57,806 nt of DNA. Origin: a virus. Its lineage: Duplodnaviria; Caudoviricetes. The DNA lies in IMG/VR virus record IMGVR_UViG_3300029826_000002, positions 1 to 57,806 of that record; one strand, given 5' to 3'. The notes under the pieces were generated by a model. It was not told where the DNA came from and ran no database searches. It saw only the letters and a program-made list of their open reading frames with translations. This document shows positions 45,808 to 54,827 of this stretch, piece after piece (position 1 is the stretch's first letter; every line of letters begins with the position of its first letter). A program made the translations under genes and the position numbers.

Positions 45808-46007
45808 TACATTACCCCCATTTCTGGATATCTCTTTCTAACCGCATCCTTCACCCTCTGCTTTTCCTCCGGTGTGCCGAACTTCTTGGCACGTTCCAGT
45901 GACACCCGTGCTATTCGCTCATTGCTTATCGGGTACGCTCTCTTTTCCGGTATTGCAAAGTCGGTGCGCTTTTTGTTTACGCCGGATAGCTGGTTTAGTA
46001 CGCTCAT
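45807..46007 (-). CDS. Small basic phage protein
   Basis: DFAIPEKRAYPI..AVRKRYP; coupled to the portal. Confidence 0.65.
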   Translation of the reverse strand: MSVLNQLSGVNKKRTDFAIPEKRAYPISNERIARVSLERAKKFGTPEEKQRVKDAVRKRYPEMGVM

Positions 46008-48184
46008 TAATTCATCTTCGCCATACTCGCTGGGCCGGTTTGCTCCTGCGGTAGCTGCATTTTCTGTGCTGACAGGAATTGAATAAACTTAGCTAACATA
46101 TCCTGATCCTGTAACTCCAGCTTTGCCATGTCAGCCGTAAAGTCGTACCGGTCTGATAGCTCTTCCTGTTGCAGTTTCTTGAGGTCTAATAACCTCTGTG
46201 CAGCCTTATCCTGTGCGTCAATGCGTAACTTATCCTGATCCGTCTGGAGCTTCCCTGCTTCGATCTGACGGCGCTCTGTGGCGTCCTGAACCTGTGCCTG
46301 AATCGTGGCCTGTTGCACCTGCATCTGCATCTGTTGTTGCTGTTGTGCCGATTGCTGAGACTGCTCTACGAACTTGACCCATTCAACTTTATCGCCCTCT
46401 GGAATATCCAACCGCTCAATAACCGTCTTGGGATCAACCGGGAATCCCTTGCTCATCATATCCATGAACACCGCAAGCTGGGCCATCGTCTTGGTCATGT
46501 TCGTTGGGGATTCTTCAACGTCGATATTGTATTTCAAGTCTTTGATGTTTCTTATCGGGGCAATGATGCCGTTCTTAATATCAGCTACCATCTCACCCCT
46601 GAACTGATACCTGTCTGACCCGCCAAGTATCCGCTGTATCTGGGAGTTGGGCATATACTTCATGATTATGGCGTAAATTCGTTTGGCAAGTTGCTCCTGC
46701 ATCCGGTGATGATTCTTAAATATTTTTGCCAGCATGGTAAGTCCCTGTTGCTGACGTAACCGGATTGTCACTCCTGCTTCCCCTGAGTTGTGGGCTACAC
46801 CGAGTAAATCGTTGTCGATGCCGGATACTTTCTTAATTAAATCCTTTGCTTGTTCGTGTAGCTGATACGCACCCTGTGGTAATTGAGGGATTTGCTTTGG
46901 CATTATCTTCCCACCAGACAACGCACCCGGATTAACAAACGTGTCGGCTCCAGGTGTCCTGATTGTATCATCCCATTCTTTCATATCGGCAATAGCGTCC
47001 GTTTCCACGAAATTGCCGCCCTGGTGCTGTTGCAGGTAGAGGTTCAACGTCTGTGACCACCGCTTATTAGATTCACGCTGGGGGTCGATCATGTTCTTTA
47101 CAACGCCATAGTGGGAGATGTTACCGGACGATTTATCCTTATAGCAGAACGCCCCCACAATCGAGAACCCATCGAACGGTATCGGTGAATCGCCATCGAA
47201 CAAAACCTTATGACCAGTAAACTGGAACCACTTAACCTTCTTGTCTTTAATAGTTTCGTACTGGAATCCAGGAATTGCCGCTTTTAGGGCTTCGAGGTTG
47301 TCTTTATCGAACTCCTCCCATTGCATTGTTTGTGGGTTCATCCCGTAATACCTGTCATACGTACACCAGTATTCCTTATGAACAATCCTGATCTGCCCGT
47401 TTGACCTGTCGTAATATCCCGTATCAATGTCAGTGCTGTACTCGTCATCCTCAGGTGTATCCACCGGCAACCCAGAATCATCCTCAATGTTGTCAATATC
47501 GGTTTCCTCAAAATCACCGAACGACTCACCGTGGATGATATCGTCCATGTCCTTGATGAACTGCGGGTACTGAATCGCAAAGTCCTCGTATGTTACCCAC
47601 TTGTGCCAGTAAATTTCTCTGGCATCGTCCAGGTCATCACCCTTGAAACTTGGAGAAAGTCGAATCTCGGACGGCATGACCGACACCACCGGTATCTTAA
47701 TCTCCCCCGGATGGTTCGGGTCTGGTGCAATATCGACCGCAAGGAATCCGCGCCCTGTGATTACAAAGTTTTCAAAAGCGTCATCTTCCTTCATCTCAAT
47801 ATCTTCTATCTCGTAAACCTTGTCTTTGCAGTCGTTTATGATATCAGCAAGAAATCCGTCATTTGGTTCCGTGGCCTGCGCCTTTACCTCGATTTTATTT
47901 TGCTCGTTTACACCCTTTATCAACTCAACTGTCGGCTGGATCATGTTCGCCGTTAAGTCCGGCCTGCCCTGCTCCTGAAGTATGTGCCGCTCTTCTGCTG
48001 TGTAATGATCACCGGAATAGAACTTGTACGCCAGTAGCGCCGACTTCTGGAACGATCTGTCCAGCGCCACGGCATTAGCAAAACCCTTGCGTGCCTTGTG
48101 TAGCTTGTCGGCCTTACTCAGCTTATCGAACGGCTTATACTTGCCGCTGTTGTCGATCTCTGTTGATATCAGGTCTTGTTCCAT
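46007..48184 (-). CDS. Portal protein (P22-like)
   Basis: RPDLTANMI, GRGF, YGVVKNMIDPQ, RQQQG, KYNIDV; Q-rich barrel. Confidence 0.9.
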   Translation of the reverse strand: MEQDLISTEIDNSGKYKPFDKLSKADKLHKARKGFANAVALDRSFQKSALLAYKFYSGDHYTAEERHILQEQGRPDLTANMIQPTVELIKGVNEQNKIEVKAQATEPNDGFLADIINDCKDKVYEIEDIEMKEDDAFENFVITGRGFLAVDIAPDPNHPGEIKIPVVSVMPSEIRLSPSFKGDDLDDAREIYWHKWVTYEDFAIQYPQFIKDMDDIIHGESFGDFEETDIDNIEDDSGLPVDTPEDDEYSTDIDTGYYDRSNGQIRIVHKEYWCTYDRYYGMNPQTMQWEEFDKDNLEALKAAIPGFQYETIKDKKVKWFQFTGHKVLFDGDSPIPFDGFSIVGAFCYKDKSSGNISHYGVVKNMIDPQRESNKRWSQTLNLYLQQHQGGNFVETDAIADMKEWDDTIRTPGADTFVNPGALSGGKIMPKQIPQLPQGAYQLHEQAKDLIKKVSGIDNDLLGVAHNSGEAGVTIRLRQQQGLTMLAKIFKNHHRMQEQLAKRIYAIIMKYMPNSQIQRILGGSDRYQFRGEMVADIKNGIIAPIRNIKDLKYNIDVEESPTNMTKTMAQLAVFMDMMSKGFPVDPKTVIERLDIPEGDKVEWVKFVEQSQQSAQQQQQMQMQVQQATIQAQVQDATERRQIEAGKLQTDQDKLRIDAQDKAAQRLLDLKKLQQEELSDRYDFTADMAKLELQDQDMLAKFIQFLSAQKMQLPQEQTGPASMAKMN

Positions 48185-48241
48185 GTTTTACCCGCAAGCT
48201 CTAAAATATTCGGAAAGACCCCCACGGCTCCCAAACAAACC

Positions 48242-48688
48242 CTATGCCTCCTTGTCCGCATTATCCACTTCCGTTACGCCGTACTTGGCCCGGAACGCCT
48301 TTTTGAAATCTGCTGAGATACGGTCACCCTTCATGGCAAACCTGACGCTCGCTTGGGAATACCCGATTGACTGAGCAAGCTGCTCCATCGTCAATTCGTT
48401 TACCTCTTTCACCTTCCTGATTTCGGCAGACGTAAGCTCCGGTGTTCCGTCGTCCTCTTCTGGTTCCGGTTCTTCCGTGGCTTCGGGTATCTGCTCGACA
48501 ACCTCTGCATTATCTTCGCCATGGTCGATTTCCGGCGTGATGTGTACAAAGTGTTCCAGGTTTACGATTGCTCCACTCTGAAGCGTGTACGATTTTCCCA
48601 GCGCCTTGGCCCTCTGAGATACCCGCGAAAAATCATCGTCGGTTAATTTTATTTCGTGGCCGTTTACTGTTACAAGTGTTGCTTTCAT
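48242..48688 (-). CDS. Protein with a C-terminal XRE-like HTH
   Basis: IRKVKEVNELTMEQLAQSIGYSQASVRFAMKG. Confidence 0.6.
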   Translation of the reverse strand: MKATLVTVNGHEIKLTDDDFSRVSQRAKALGKSYTLQSGAIVNLEHFVHITPEIDHGEDNAEVVEQIPEATEEPEPEEDDGTPELTSAEIRKVKEVNELTMEQLAQSIGYSQASVRFAMKGDRISADFKKAFRAKYGVTEVDNADKEA

Positions 48689-48834
48689 TTTGCCTCCTCG
48701 GTTAATTACACGTACTAACCCAAATCACTCCGCGCACCGTCAAAAGTGCGATTGTTGAGTTTTTTGGGTAAAAAATTATCATGTTGTTTTTATTGCCTTT
48801 TGTCTCTATCTCCCACGGGCGGGAGACTCGGTTT

Positions 48835-50181
48835 TTACGCCGCCATCCAGCCTACTTTTTTACGCCGCCGATGACTTAACATATCCTTGTTAATCCCTGC
48901 TGTTTCGTTCAGCATATTGTCTTTGTTTAATACCAAATACCGAAGCATATCAGCACCATGCGAAAACTCGTTGTGTACCGGCGAACCCACCGAGCCTGTT
49001 TGCCTGCTCACCTTGCGCTGATACCGCTTGAGAACCTCTACAAGCCGATTTGAGTAGTTGGTGTGGTGAAATCCCGGTATCTTCGACTCTTCCGGCCTTT
49101 GATCCGCTGCGGTACGCTCTATATCGAAATAGATTTGATGAAAGGCCAACCGTGTTTGTCGGATTCCCTCTTCAATAGTGGAGATAACCGTTTCTTCCTT
49201 CGGTTGTACCTGCCAGCCAAGCGCCTTGATAATGTCTGCCGTGCTGTTTCCGTTTGCTGAAAGCGTCTTGGCAAACCCGTCATGCGGCAGAAAAACCTTG
49301 CCCCAATTATACCCCCGTGTTTCTATCTCCCTGAAAAGAGTCGGTATTGTGGTCTGGTACGCTTCCAGGTACTCGATAATCCGAATCTCTGATAAATGCT
49401 TTTGAACCAGCCCAACCGCAAGTGAATCCTCCCAGCCTAAGTCTAACACTATGTGTGTTTTTAACATCGGGTCGTTGGGTATGTTACATATGCGCCGGTT
49501 TGTCTCTGCATCCTGTATCTGCTTGAAATAAATAGCACCTTCTACTGCTGACCGGCATTTACCTTCCCAAATATGGTCATAACTATCCGGGTCTGTCTCT
49601 TTGCAATGCAGGCGTTCCCGGTCGAGAACTTCTGAGAACCACGGGTTATCCCGCCAGTTCATCTCCACGTTGATGCAGTCGGGCGGTGGGTTGATCGAGA
49701 ACCGCTGGTGCGTTTCGTCTGATTCCAGGTCGGGGTTGTAACTCACCCAAATCTCTGAGCCTTCTTTACGTATCGTCGGTATCAGGATGTCCCAGGATCG
49801 CTTAGAAATCGCCTGCCCTTCTTCCACCCAACACACATCATAACCCTCGAAAGACTTGATTGTATCCGCTGTGAGAGATGACAGACCGGAGAACGTGAAC
49901 TCTGTGCCGTTTACACCGATAATCTTATCATACTGAACCGTGTATATTGATTCTAAGCCAAGTAGCTGTATTTGATCCGAAAGCAGTTTGTGAACGGACT
50001 GCTTGATTGACATCTGAACTTCACGAGTACACAATACCCGAAGCGGCTTTTTAGCCCCAATGATCAGAAGCGCACGGGCGAATGACCACGATTTAGCCGA
50101 TCCTCTGCCGCCACGGGCAACCTTATACCTGTGTGAACGGAATAAGTATTCAAGTTTTTTGGGAATTTGGGCTTTAATCAC
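48835..50181 (-). CDS. terL: Terminase large subunit (PBSX-like)
   Basis: GGRGSAKS, WVEEG, PTIRK..SYNP, DLG, PHD, SHGAD. Confidence 0.95.
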   Translation of the reverse strand: MIKAQIPKKLEYLFRSHRYKVARGGRGSAKSWSFARALLIIGAKKPLRVLCTREVQMSIKQSVHKLLSDQIQLLGLESIYTVQYDKIIGVNGTEFTFSGLSSLTADTIKSFEGYDVCWVEEGQAISKRSWDILIPTIRKEGSEIWVSYNPDLESDETHQRFSINPPPDCINVEMNWRDNPWFSEVLDRERLHCKETDPDSYDHIWEGKCRSAVEGAIYFKQIQDAETNRRICNIPNDPMLKTHIVLDLGWEDSLAVGLVQKHLSEIRIIEYLEAYQTTIPTLFREIETRGYNWGKVFLPHDGFAKTLSANGNSTADIIKALGWQVQPKEETVISTIEEGIRQTRLAFHQIYFDIERTAADQRPEESKIPGFHHTNYSNRLVEVLKRYQRKVSRQTGSVGSPVHNEFSHGADMLRYLVLNKDNMLNETAGINKDMLSHRRRKKVGWMAA

Positions 50182-50642
50182 TTACCAGCCTCCACAAATT
50201 CTACCGTGATACCGATGGGTTTCCCGCCTGGACCGGTGACCTCTGCGTCAATCTTGTCCCGCCACCTGGCCTTTTGCCTGTTACGCAACCACAGAGAAGC
50301 GGCTTGTGTATCAGGGGGATAATGCTTTCTCATTTCAGCATATTCCCAATGGCCACCGTTCTCATCGTGGACCCACTGGGCTTTTGTTTCCGGGCAGGTG
50401 TAACCGTTCGCCCGATTATATAGAGATTCAGCCACTTTAGCGTCTGCAATCTCCTTGCCTTCTTTGATGGACTCCGAAAATTCAGTATGCTCTTTTTTCC
50501 ACAAATTGAATGTTGACTCAGATACCCCAATAATATCAGCCATTTCTCTGTCTGTAGCGCCAAGCAACGCCAGCTTATAAACAAGCTCTACATACTCTTG
50601 CTTATAATCAGTCGGTCTGCCTGCGTTACTTTTTTTAGCCAT
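50178..50642 (-). CDS. terS: Terminase small subunit
   Basis: GRPTDY..GATDREMA..HYPPDT.A..WL.NR. Confidence 0.9.
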   Translation of the reverse strand: MAKKSNAGRPTDYKQEYVELVYKLALLGATDREMADIIGVSESTFNLWKKEHTEFSESIKEGKEIADAKVAESLYNRANGYTCPETKAQWVHDENGGHWEYAEMRKHYPPDTQAASLWLRNRQKARWRDKIDAEVTGPGGKPIGITVEFVEAGK

Positions 50643-50829
50643 TACCCAGCCCCATGGCGTTTTTTATCGCCTTCCTGATATCCCCTTGAGCTTCGTACAC
50701 CGATATTTCCGAATCAACACCGTAAGCCATCTCAAACGCAAAATTCTCAATGTTTTCCTGTACCCAATCCAGCAGCACCGAATCAGGCACATGGTCTTCT
50801 GTCTGCCTGAATAGTTCTGCTCTACCCAT
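50635..50829 (-). CDS. Hypothetical protein
   Basis: Coupled to terS. Confidence 0.55.
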   Translation of the reverse strand: MGRAELFRQTEDHVPDSVLLDWVQENIENFAFEMAYGVDSEISVYEAQGDIRKAIKNAMGLGNG

Positions 50830-50841
50830 TATTCCCCATCA

Positions 50842-51033
50842 TCAACAATAGAATGATTTCCACACCCCGGCTGCAAAACCAGCAACCATTTTTGTTTCCA
50901 TGTAATCGTCGTATTCTGTTTCCTGCGTAAAAACCAAATCGCCGTTCTCTTCTACTTCAACATCAACGTTAAAAAACTTTGCGTGTTCCCTCTCACCATT
51001 ACCTGAATCATAAAAAACGTTGTAGTCACTCAT
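50842..51033 (-). CDS. Hypothetical acidic protein (MSDYNV..)
   Basis: ATGA overlap; RBS GGGGGAG. Confidence 0.55.
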   Translation of the reverse strand: MSDYNVFYDSGNGEREHAKFFNVDVEVEENGDLVFTQETEYDDYMETKMVAGFAAGVWKSFYC

Positions 51034-51218
51034 ACCAAATACTCCCCCAGCTTCATCTCCAGCGCCAAAGCACAATCCATTAGCGCATCATCACTTGGCC
51101 CATCTATATCCAGCACCTTGTTTTTGTAGTCAAAATCCTTGAGCCAGCATTTATGATCTTGGATTATCGTGGTGATTACGGTCAATATTACGCCTTCGTC
51201 CATGTTGCATTTAGCCAT
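51030..51218 (-). CDS. Hypothetical protein
   Basis: ORF within the operon. Confidence 0.55.
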   Translation of the reverse strand: MAKCNMDEGVILTVITTIIQDHKCWLKDFDYKNKVLDIDGPSDDALMDCALALEMKLGEYLV

Positions 51219-51411
51219 AACAACACCTTGTGTGCCTCAAGCATCTAAAACCATAAGAGTAAAAGCAATTGGGGGAGCCGTAAATGTTACACAAACCCAC
51301 AAAAAAACAATTACACCCGGTTGCACGCCAAACAAGGAACTTAACAAAAGAATTGGGTGCATAATGATATACGCCGCTACGATTGTTTTAATTGCCTTAT
51401 CCATCGGTTTA

Positions 51412-51618
51412 TTAATATCTCCCTGCTTCGTCCAACCGGTTTTTTGTGTATTCTTTGCTTATATACCCGCCGGCGGGGCTTGTCTGCGTGTTCTGCGGTC
51501 GTGGTTGCTGCTGGCTCATGCGCTGTAGCCATGCCAGGAACATTTTCATTTTGCTCTGTTCTTCAGCTTGCTTTTTAGCGGCTGCGTTCTGCTGGGCCTG
51601 CTGCATTTGAGGGTTCAA
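51412..51618 (-). CDS. Small Q-rich protein
   Basis: TTG start overlapping the upstream stop. Confidence 0.5.
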   Translation of the reverse strand: MNPQMQQAQQNAAAKKQAEEQSKMKMFLAWLQRMSQQQPRPQNTQTSPAGGYISKEYTKNRLDEAGRY

Positions 51619-51797
51619 CGTCTACCCCTTACCTTGCGGTCAATGTGATTGAAATTGCGTGATCCCCTGGATTCGATGAATATTTGCTCTATTTCTCCGG
51701 GGTAAAAAATCCTATCGCACCCCTCCGGCATCTCCTCGTCGCCTATTTCAGGGGTTTGTAGTGTGCGATAGTCATATTCAAAAGTAATTTCTCTCAT
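51615..51797 (-). CDS. First gene of the late/packaging operon, probably near-leaderless
   Basis: ATG lies 9 nt after the -10 hexamer. Confidence 0.55.
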   Translation of the reverse strand: MREITFEYDYRTLQTPEIGDEEMPEGCDRIFYPGEIEQIFIESRGSRNFNHIDRKVRGRR

Positions 51798-51806
51798 GTA
51801 TAAGGG

Positions 51807-51835
51807 ATAGTACCACAATATATTGTGCCTGTCAA
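51807..51835 (-). promoter_or_regulatory. Sigma70-type promoter facing the terminase and structural genes
   Basis: TTGACA-ggcacaatatattgtgg (17 nt)-TACTAT. Confidence 0.75.
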
Positions 51836-51981
51836 GCATTTTATTGTGTTTTTCGTGCTTTTTACGCAAAAAAACCACAATATGTTGTGTTGGGGGTTTT
51901 AGAATTGTGGTTTGATTATTTTAACATACCAAAAAGCTATATGTTGTGGTGTGGTTCTGGTTTGTGTTCTATATGTGGGTA
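51813..51981. promoter_or_regulatory. Array of NrdR-box-like palindromes
   Basis: CCACAATATATTGTGC (51813), CCACAATATGTTGTGT (51875), AAGCTATATGTTGTGG (51934); weaker copies at 51834 and 51966. Confidence 0.6.
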
Positions 51982-52016
51982 TTTTTATTTTTTTTGCATT
52001 TTTTTATATTATTTAC

Positions 52017-52045
52017 TTGACAACACAAACAACACTTGTTATATT
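52017..52045 (+). promoter_or_regulatory. Sigma70-type promoter of a three-gene rightward unit
   Basis: TTGACA-17 nt-TATATT with an extended TG. Confidence 0.75.
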
Positions 52046-52094
52046 TACAATCAAGATGAGAACAAAAACAAACAATCAAAACCGGGAGGAAATT

Positions 52095-52295
52095 ATGAAA
52101 AACTACGAAATTAAATTTGGGGTCTGGGAAAATGGAAGCGGTTGGCAATGTCACGATATCGCTGATCGGTACGCCGATACGTTTGAAGAGGCTGTTTGCA
52201 CGGCCAACAAAATGATTTCGGTTTGCGATGGCATCCAAGTTATTGCAGACATCACCGACATCGAGACAGGCAACTGTAAAACAATCGGATGGTAA
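52095..52295 (+). CDS. Hypothetical protein
   Basis: RBS GGAGG. Confidence 0.65.
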   Translation: MKNYEIKFGVWENGSGWQCHDIADRYADTFEEAVCTANKMISVCDGIQVIADITDIETGNCKTIGW

Positions 52296-52309
52296 AAAGG
52301 AGGGCTAAA

Positions 52310-52621
52310 ATGGATCACAGGTGGAAATCAGAAAAAATGTACGAACATCCGGCAAAACACCAAGCTGGAACCTACGGCAACGTGGTATTATCTGATGCCG
52401 GTGTCTACTGCCTGCAGGTTGGCGGTGGGATTATGTCATGCCCCCAGCCGTGGGCGGCAAAAATCCACGCTGAGGAAACGGGGCAGACTTCGGCAGCATT
52501 TACCATCCGGCACATGAGCCAAGATTTGCGCAGGAAATTGGCATCTGAGGCAGGAGCAAGGGGAATCAATATGGCCGATCTGGCGGTGGAGCTTATCGCC
52601 GCAGGGCTTAAAACCAAATAA
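52310..52621 (+). CDS. Protein with a C-terminal ribbon-helix-helix (Arc-like)
   Basis: FTIRHMSQDLRRKLASEAGARGINMADLAVELI. Confidence 0.65.
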   Translation: MDHRWKSEKMYEHPAKHQAGTYGNVVLSDAGVYCLQVGGGIMSCPQPWAAKIHAEETGQTSAAFTIRHMSQDLRRKLASEAGARGINMADLAVELIAAGLKTK

Positions 52622-52631
52622 GGAGGGGATT

Positions 52632-52835
52632 GTGAAAAAATCTGAGGAAAGAAAAATTATTTTCAACGCGGTTAGAAGTGCTATAAACGATTACCCTGGC
52701 GATGATCTCACAAGAACGGAAGCGACACGGGCGGCAGCGTTAATCGCGGATCAAAACGGCGTAAATGTACAAACGGCGCCGTATTTGCAGGATATTTTTT
52801 ATGAAGCACTCGACAAAAATGGAATTGACGACTAA
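52632..52835 (+). CDS. Hypothetical protein
   Basis: RBS AGGAGG, GTG start. Confidence 0.6.
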   Translation: MKKSEERKIIFNAVRSAINDYPGDDLTRTEATRAAALIADQNGVNVQTAPYLQDIFYEALDKNGIDD

Positions 52836-52842
52836 CCCCACA

Positions 52843-52872
52843 CAGCCCCGGTTCAGGCCGGGGCTTTTTCTT
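52843..52872 (+). terminator. Intrinsic terminator
   Basis: AGCCCCGG-TTCAGG-CCGGGGCT-TTTT. Confidence 0.75.
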
Positions 52873-53030
52873 CCCCAAAAAACGCCACTCTGAACCTACG
52901 CCAACAACACACAAAATCACCACTCCGGCAAAAAGATACGCAGACCAATTTACCCAACCTGAAGCCGCCACGGTCATTTTTTCTTGACAACTCAACCTGA
53001 TCCAGCGCACAATTTGTAAGGAGGGCTGCC

Positions 53031-53237
53031 ATGAAAAAACCGTTTACAAAACCGCTATTCTCGAAAGGCCAGCACGTTAGGTTTAATGGACAGGTGGGTG
53101 TGGTGATAGAACCGATCTGCGACAAACGAATGACGTATATCGAACAGGTAGGAACCGTCCATGTACCGGTAATACTGGTACAGCTTGATAATGGTGAATA
53201 CCGGCGAGTCACACAGACGATTGCACGATTAGCCTGA
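53031..53237 (+). CDS. Small SH3/KOW-like beta protein with its own promoter
   Basis: FSKGQHVRF.GQVGVV; TTGACA-18 nt-CACAAT at 52984-53013; RBS AAGGAGG. Confidence 0.55.
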   Translation: MKKPFTKPLFSKGQHVRFNGQVGVVIEPICDKRMTYIEQVGTVHVPVILVQLDNGEYRRVTQTIARLA

Positions 53238-53450
53238 CTTGGCAGGGGCGGCAGGTATCGAACCTGCGACAACCGGGATCAAAGCCCGATGCTCTCCCTC
53301 TGAGTTACACCCCTTTATTTCATAGTCGAACTCTTCGTGCGTACTAAACCTGTACCCACAGCGGCATTCATACTCACGGTTCAGCACGTTACCGATGTAG
53401 GTATAATTACGTGGGTTTAGGCATATAGCTTGACATCTACGGCAAATCAT
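53229..53450 (-). CDS. NrdR-N-terminal/Ogr-like zinc-ribbon protein (3' end overlaps the tRNA)
   Basis: MICRRC..NREYECRCGYRFSTHEE; RBS GGGGAG. Confidence 0.55.
   Translation of the reverse strand: MICRRCQAICLNPRNYTYIGNVLNREYECRCGYRFSTHEEFDYEIKGCNSEGEHRALIPVVAGSIPAAPAKSG
53240..53314 (-). tRNA. tRNA-Gln (anticodon UUG) with encoded CCA
   Basis: Cloverleaf: acceptor AGGGGTG/CGCCCCT-G-CCA; anticodon arm TCGGG-CTTTGAT-CCCGG; T-arm GCAGG-TTCGATA-CCTGC. Confidence 0.9.
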
Positions 53451-53601
53451 CTGCTCTCCCCTTCCCAATCCAGCCACACCCGATACCCATTGTACCCGCC
53501 TACCCGATCCCAGCACATCAGGTGAATATCCAGCGTGTTTTTATTCGGGCATCTGCCGTCTACAAACCTGCATTGTGTTATAAACCAGTAGTTAAACATG
53601 G

Positions 53602-53961
53602 CTATCTCTCCTTATCTCTCCAGCTTTGATATTCTCTTGCGAGGTGTTCCGGCATCTTAACCGCAACATAATCCTTTTTTGACCGGATGTGATGGATCGA
53701 AAAATCATGAATCACACACTCAACCACCTCGTCACCACCACTCAACCGTTCCGGCAGTTCTTCGCCCTTAATCTCTACGGTGACGTTGTGACCGTGCAAC
53801 AAAGAACCCTCAATCCACTTGTAAACCATCCCATTTTCTCCAACACAATGCCACCGCCAACGGCCATCATCATCCTTAAACCTACAAATCGCTTCACCAC
53901 GGAAAATAACCACAGCACCTTCAACACCGGTTACCCTATCCCCTGCCTGAAAATCTTTCAT
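53602..53961 (-). CDS. Hypothetical protein (MKDFQAGDRV..)
   Basis: RBS AAGGAG; ATGA overlap. Confidence 0.6.
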   Translation of the reverse strand: MKDFQAGDRVTGVEGAVVIFRGEAICRFKDDDGRWRWHCVGENGMVYKWIEGSLLHGHNVTVEIKGEELPERLSGGDEVVECVIHDFSIHHIRSKKDYVAVKMPEHLAREYQSWRDKER

Positions 53962-54317
53962 TTCTCCTTCTCCTTCCTGTTTTTTTGCTCCCAAATTAAC
54001 CGCCTGCGCTCCGTATCCGCTTCCCATTCCGTGTGTTTCCGGTGGCAATCCACGCACAGCGTTTCAAGCCCTGCCGGATCGCACAGCAGATTTTTCCGCA
54101 GTACATCGTATATCTCTTGCCAGTTACACACGCCCTCTTTGTGATGAACCTCCACTTTGAGTTCCTTTCCTTTCGCTACGCTCTGCTTCCGGTGGCAATC
54201 CTGGCAGGTGTACTCATCCCGTTTCAGGGCTGCGGCCCGTTCCCTGCTTCTAAGAAATAACTGGCGCACAGCGGCTTTAATTTTGCTGTTGGGGGTGTAT
54301 GGTAGCCTTTTACCCAT
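53958..54317 (-). CDS. HNH endonuclease
   Basis: LKRDEYTCQDC..EVHH..LETLCVDCH..H. Confidence 0.85.
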   Translation of the reverse strand: MGKRLPYTPNSKIKAAVRQLFLRSRERAAALKRDEYTCQDCHRKQSVAKGKELKVEVHHKEGVCNWQEIYDVLRKNLLCDPAGLETLCVDCHRKHTEWEADTERRRLIWEQKNRKEKEK

Positions 54318-54519
54318 CGCACCCCCTTGAACACGCCTCAGACGGGCTTAATAGTTGCTCTCCGCAAAAGGGGCAGTAGTCGATAGCGCAAATAACGATA
54401 CGCTCACAACCCTCTTTGGCGCCCCTTCGCCACAAGAAAGAACTCAACAATTCCCACCGCATAATCATTTCATCGTCATATTCGACATCTTCATGGTTGC
54501 AATTCGGGCAAGCCATCAC
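54310..54519 (-). CDS. Small zinc-finger protein
   Basis: CPNC..IDYCPFCGEQL. Confidence 0.65.
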   Translation of the reverse strand: MMACPNCNHEDVEYDDEMIMRWELLSSFLWRRGAKEGCERIVICAIDYCPFCGEQLLSPSEACSRGCDG

Positions 54520-54827
54520 TCACCTCCCGGAGTACACACAAATATTTTATGCCCCTGTTCAGCTAAAACAGCAACCCGTACAACGTGGCAGATGTGCTTT
54601 TCGATCATCTGTTTTATTTCATACTCAAACACAATTAGCTCCTCTTCGGGGGCAAGCCCTCCAATTTTTCCGGCAATTATGGGCAGGTTGTCACCGCTTC
54701 CGTTCCAGTGCGGAACCTTGACGCCTGTTAAATACTTATCTGCCTTAACAAGTATCGACTCAACGGCACTAAAACACTTTTGGCAATAAATAAACTCCGT
54801 CACAAAAGAACCCCGTTCGCTCATCAC
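54516..54827 (-). CDS. Hypothetical protein
   Basis: Coupled ORF. Confidence 0.6.
   Translation of the reverse strand: MMSERGSFVTEFIYCQKCFSAVESILVKADKYLTGVKVPHWNGSGDNLPIIAGKIGGLAPEEELIVFEYEIKQMIEKHICHVVRVAVLAEQGHKIFVCTPGGE

Noticed and set aside
48242-48688. CI-type lysogeny repressor
   Set aside because: The HTH is C-terminal, there is no S24 peptidase domain, and the gene lies between terL and portal.
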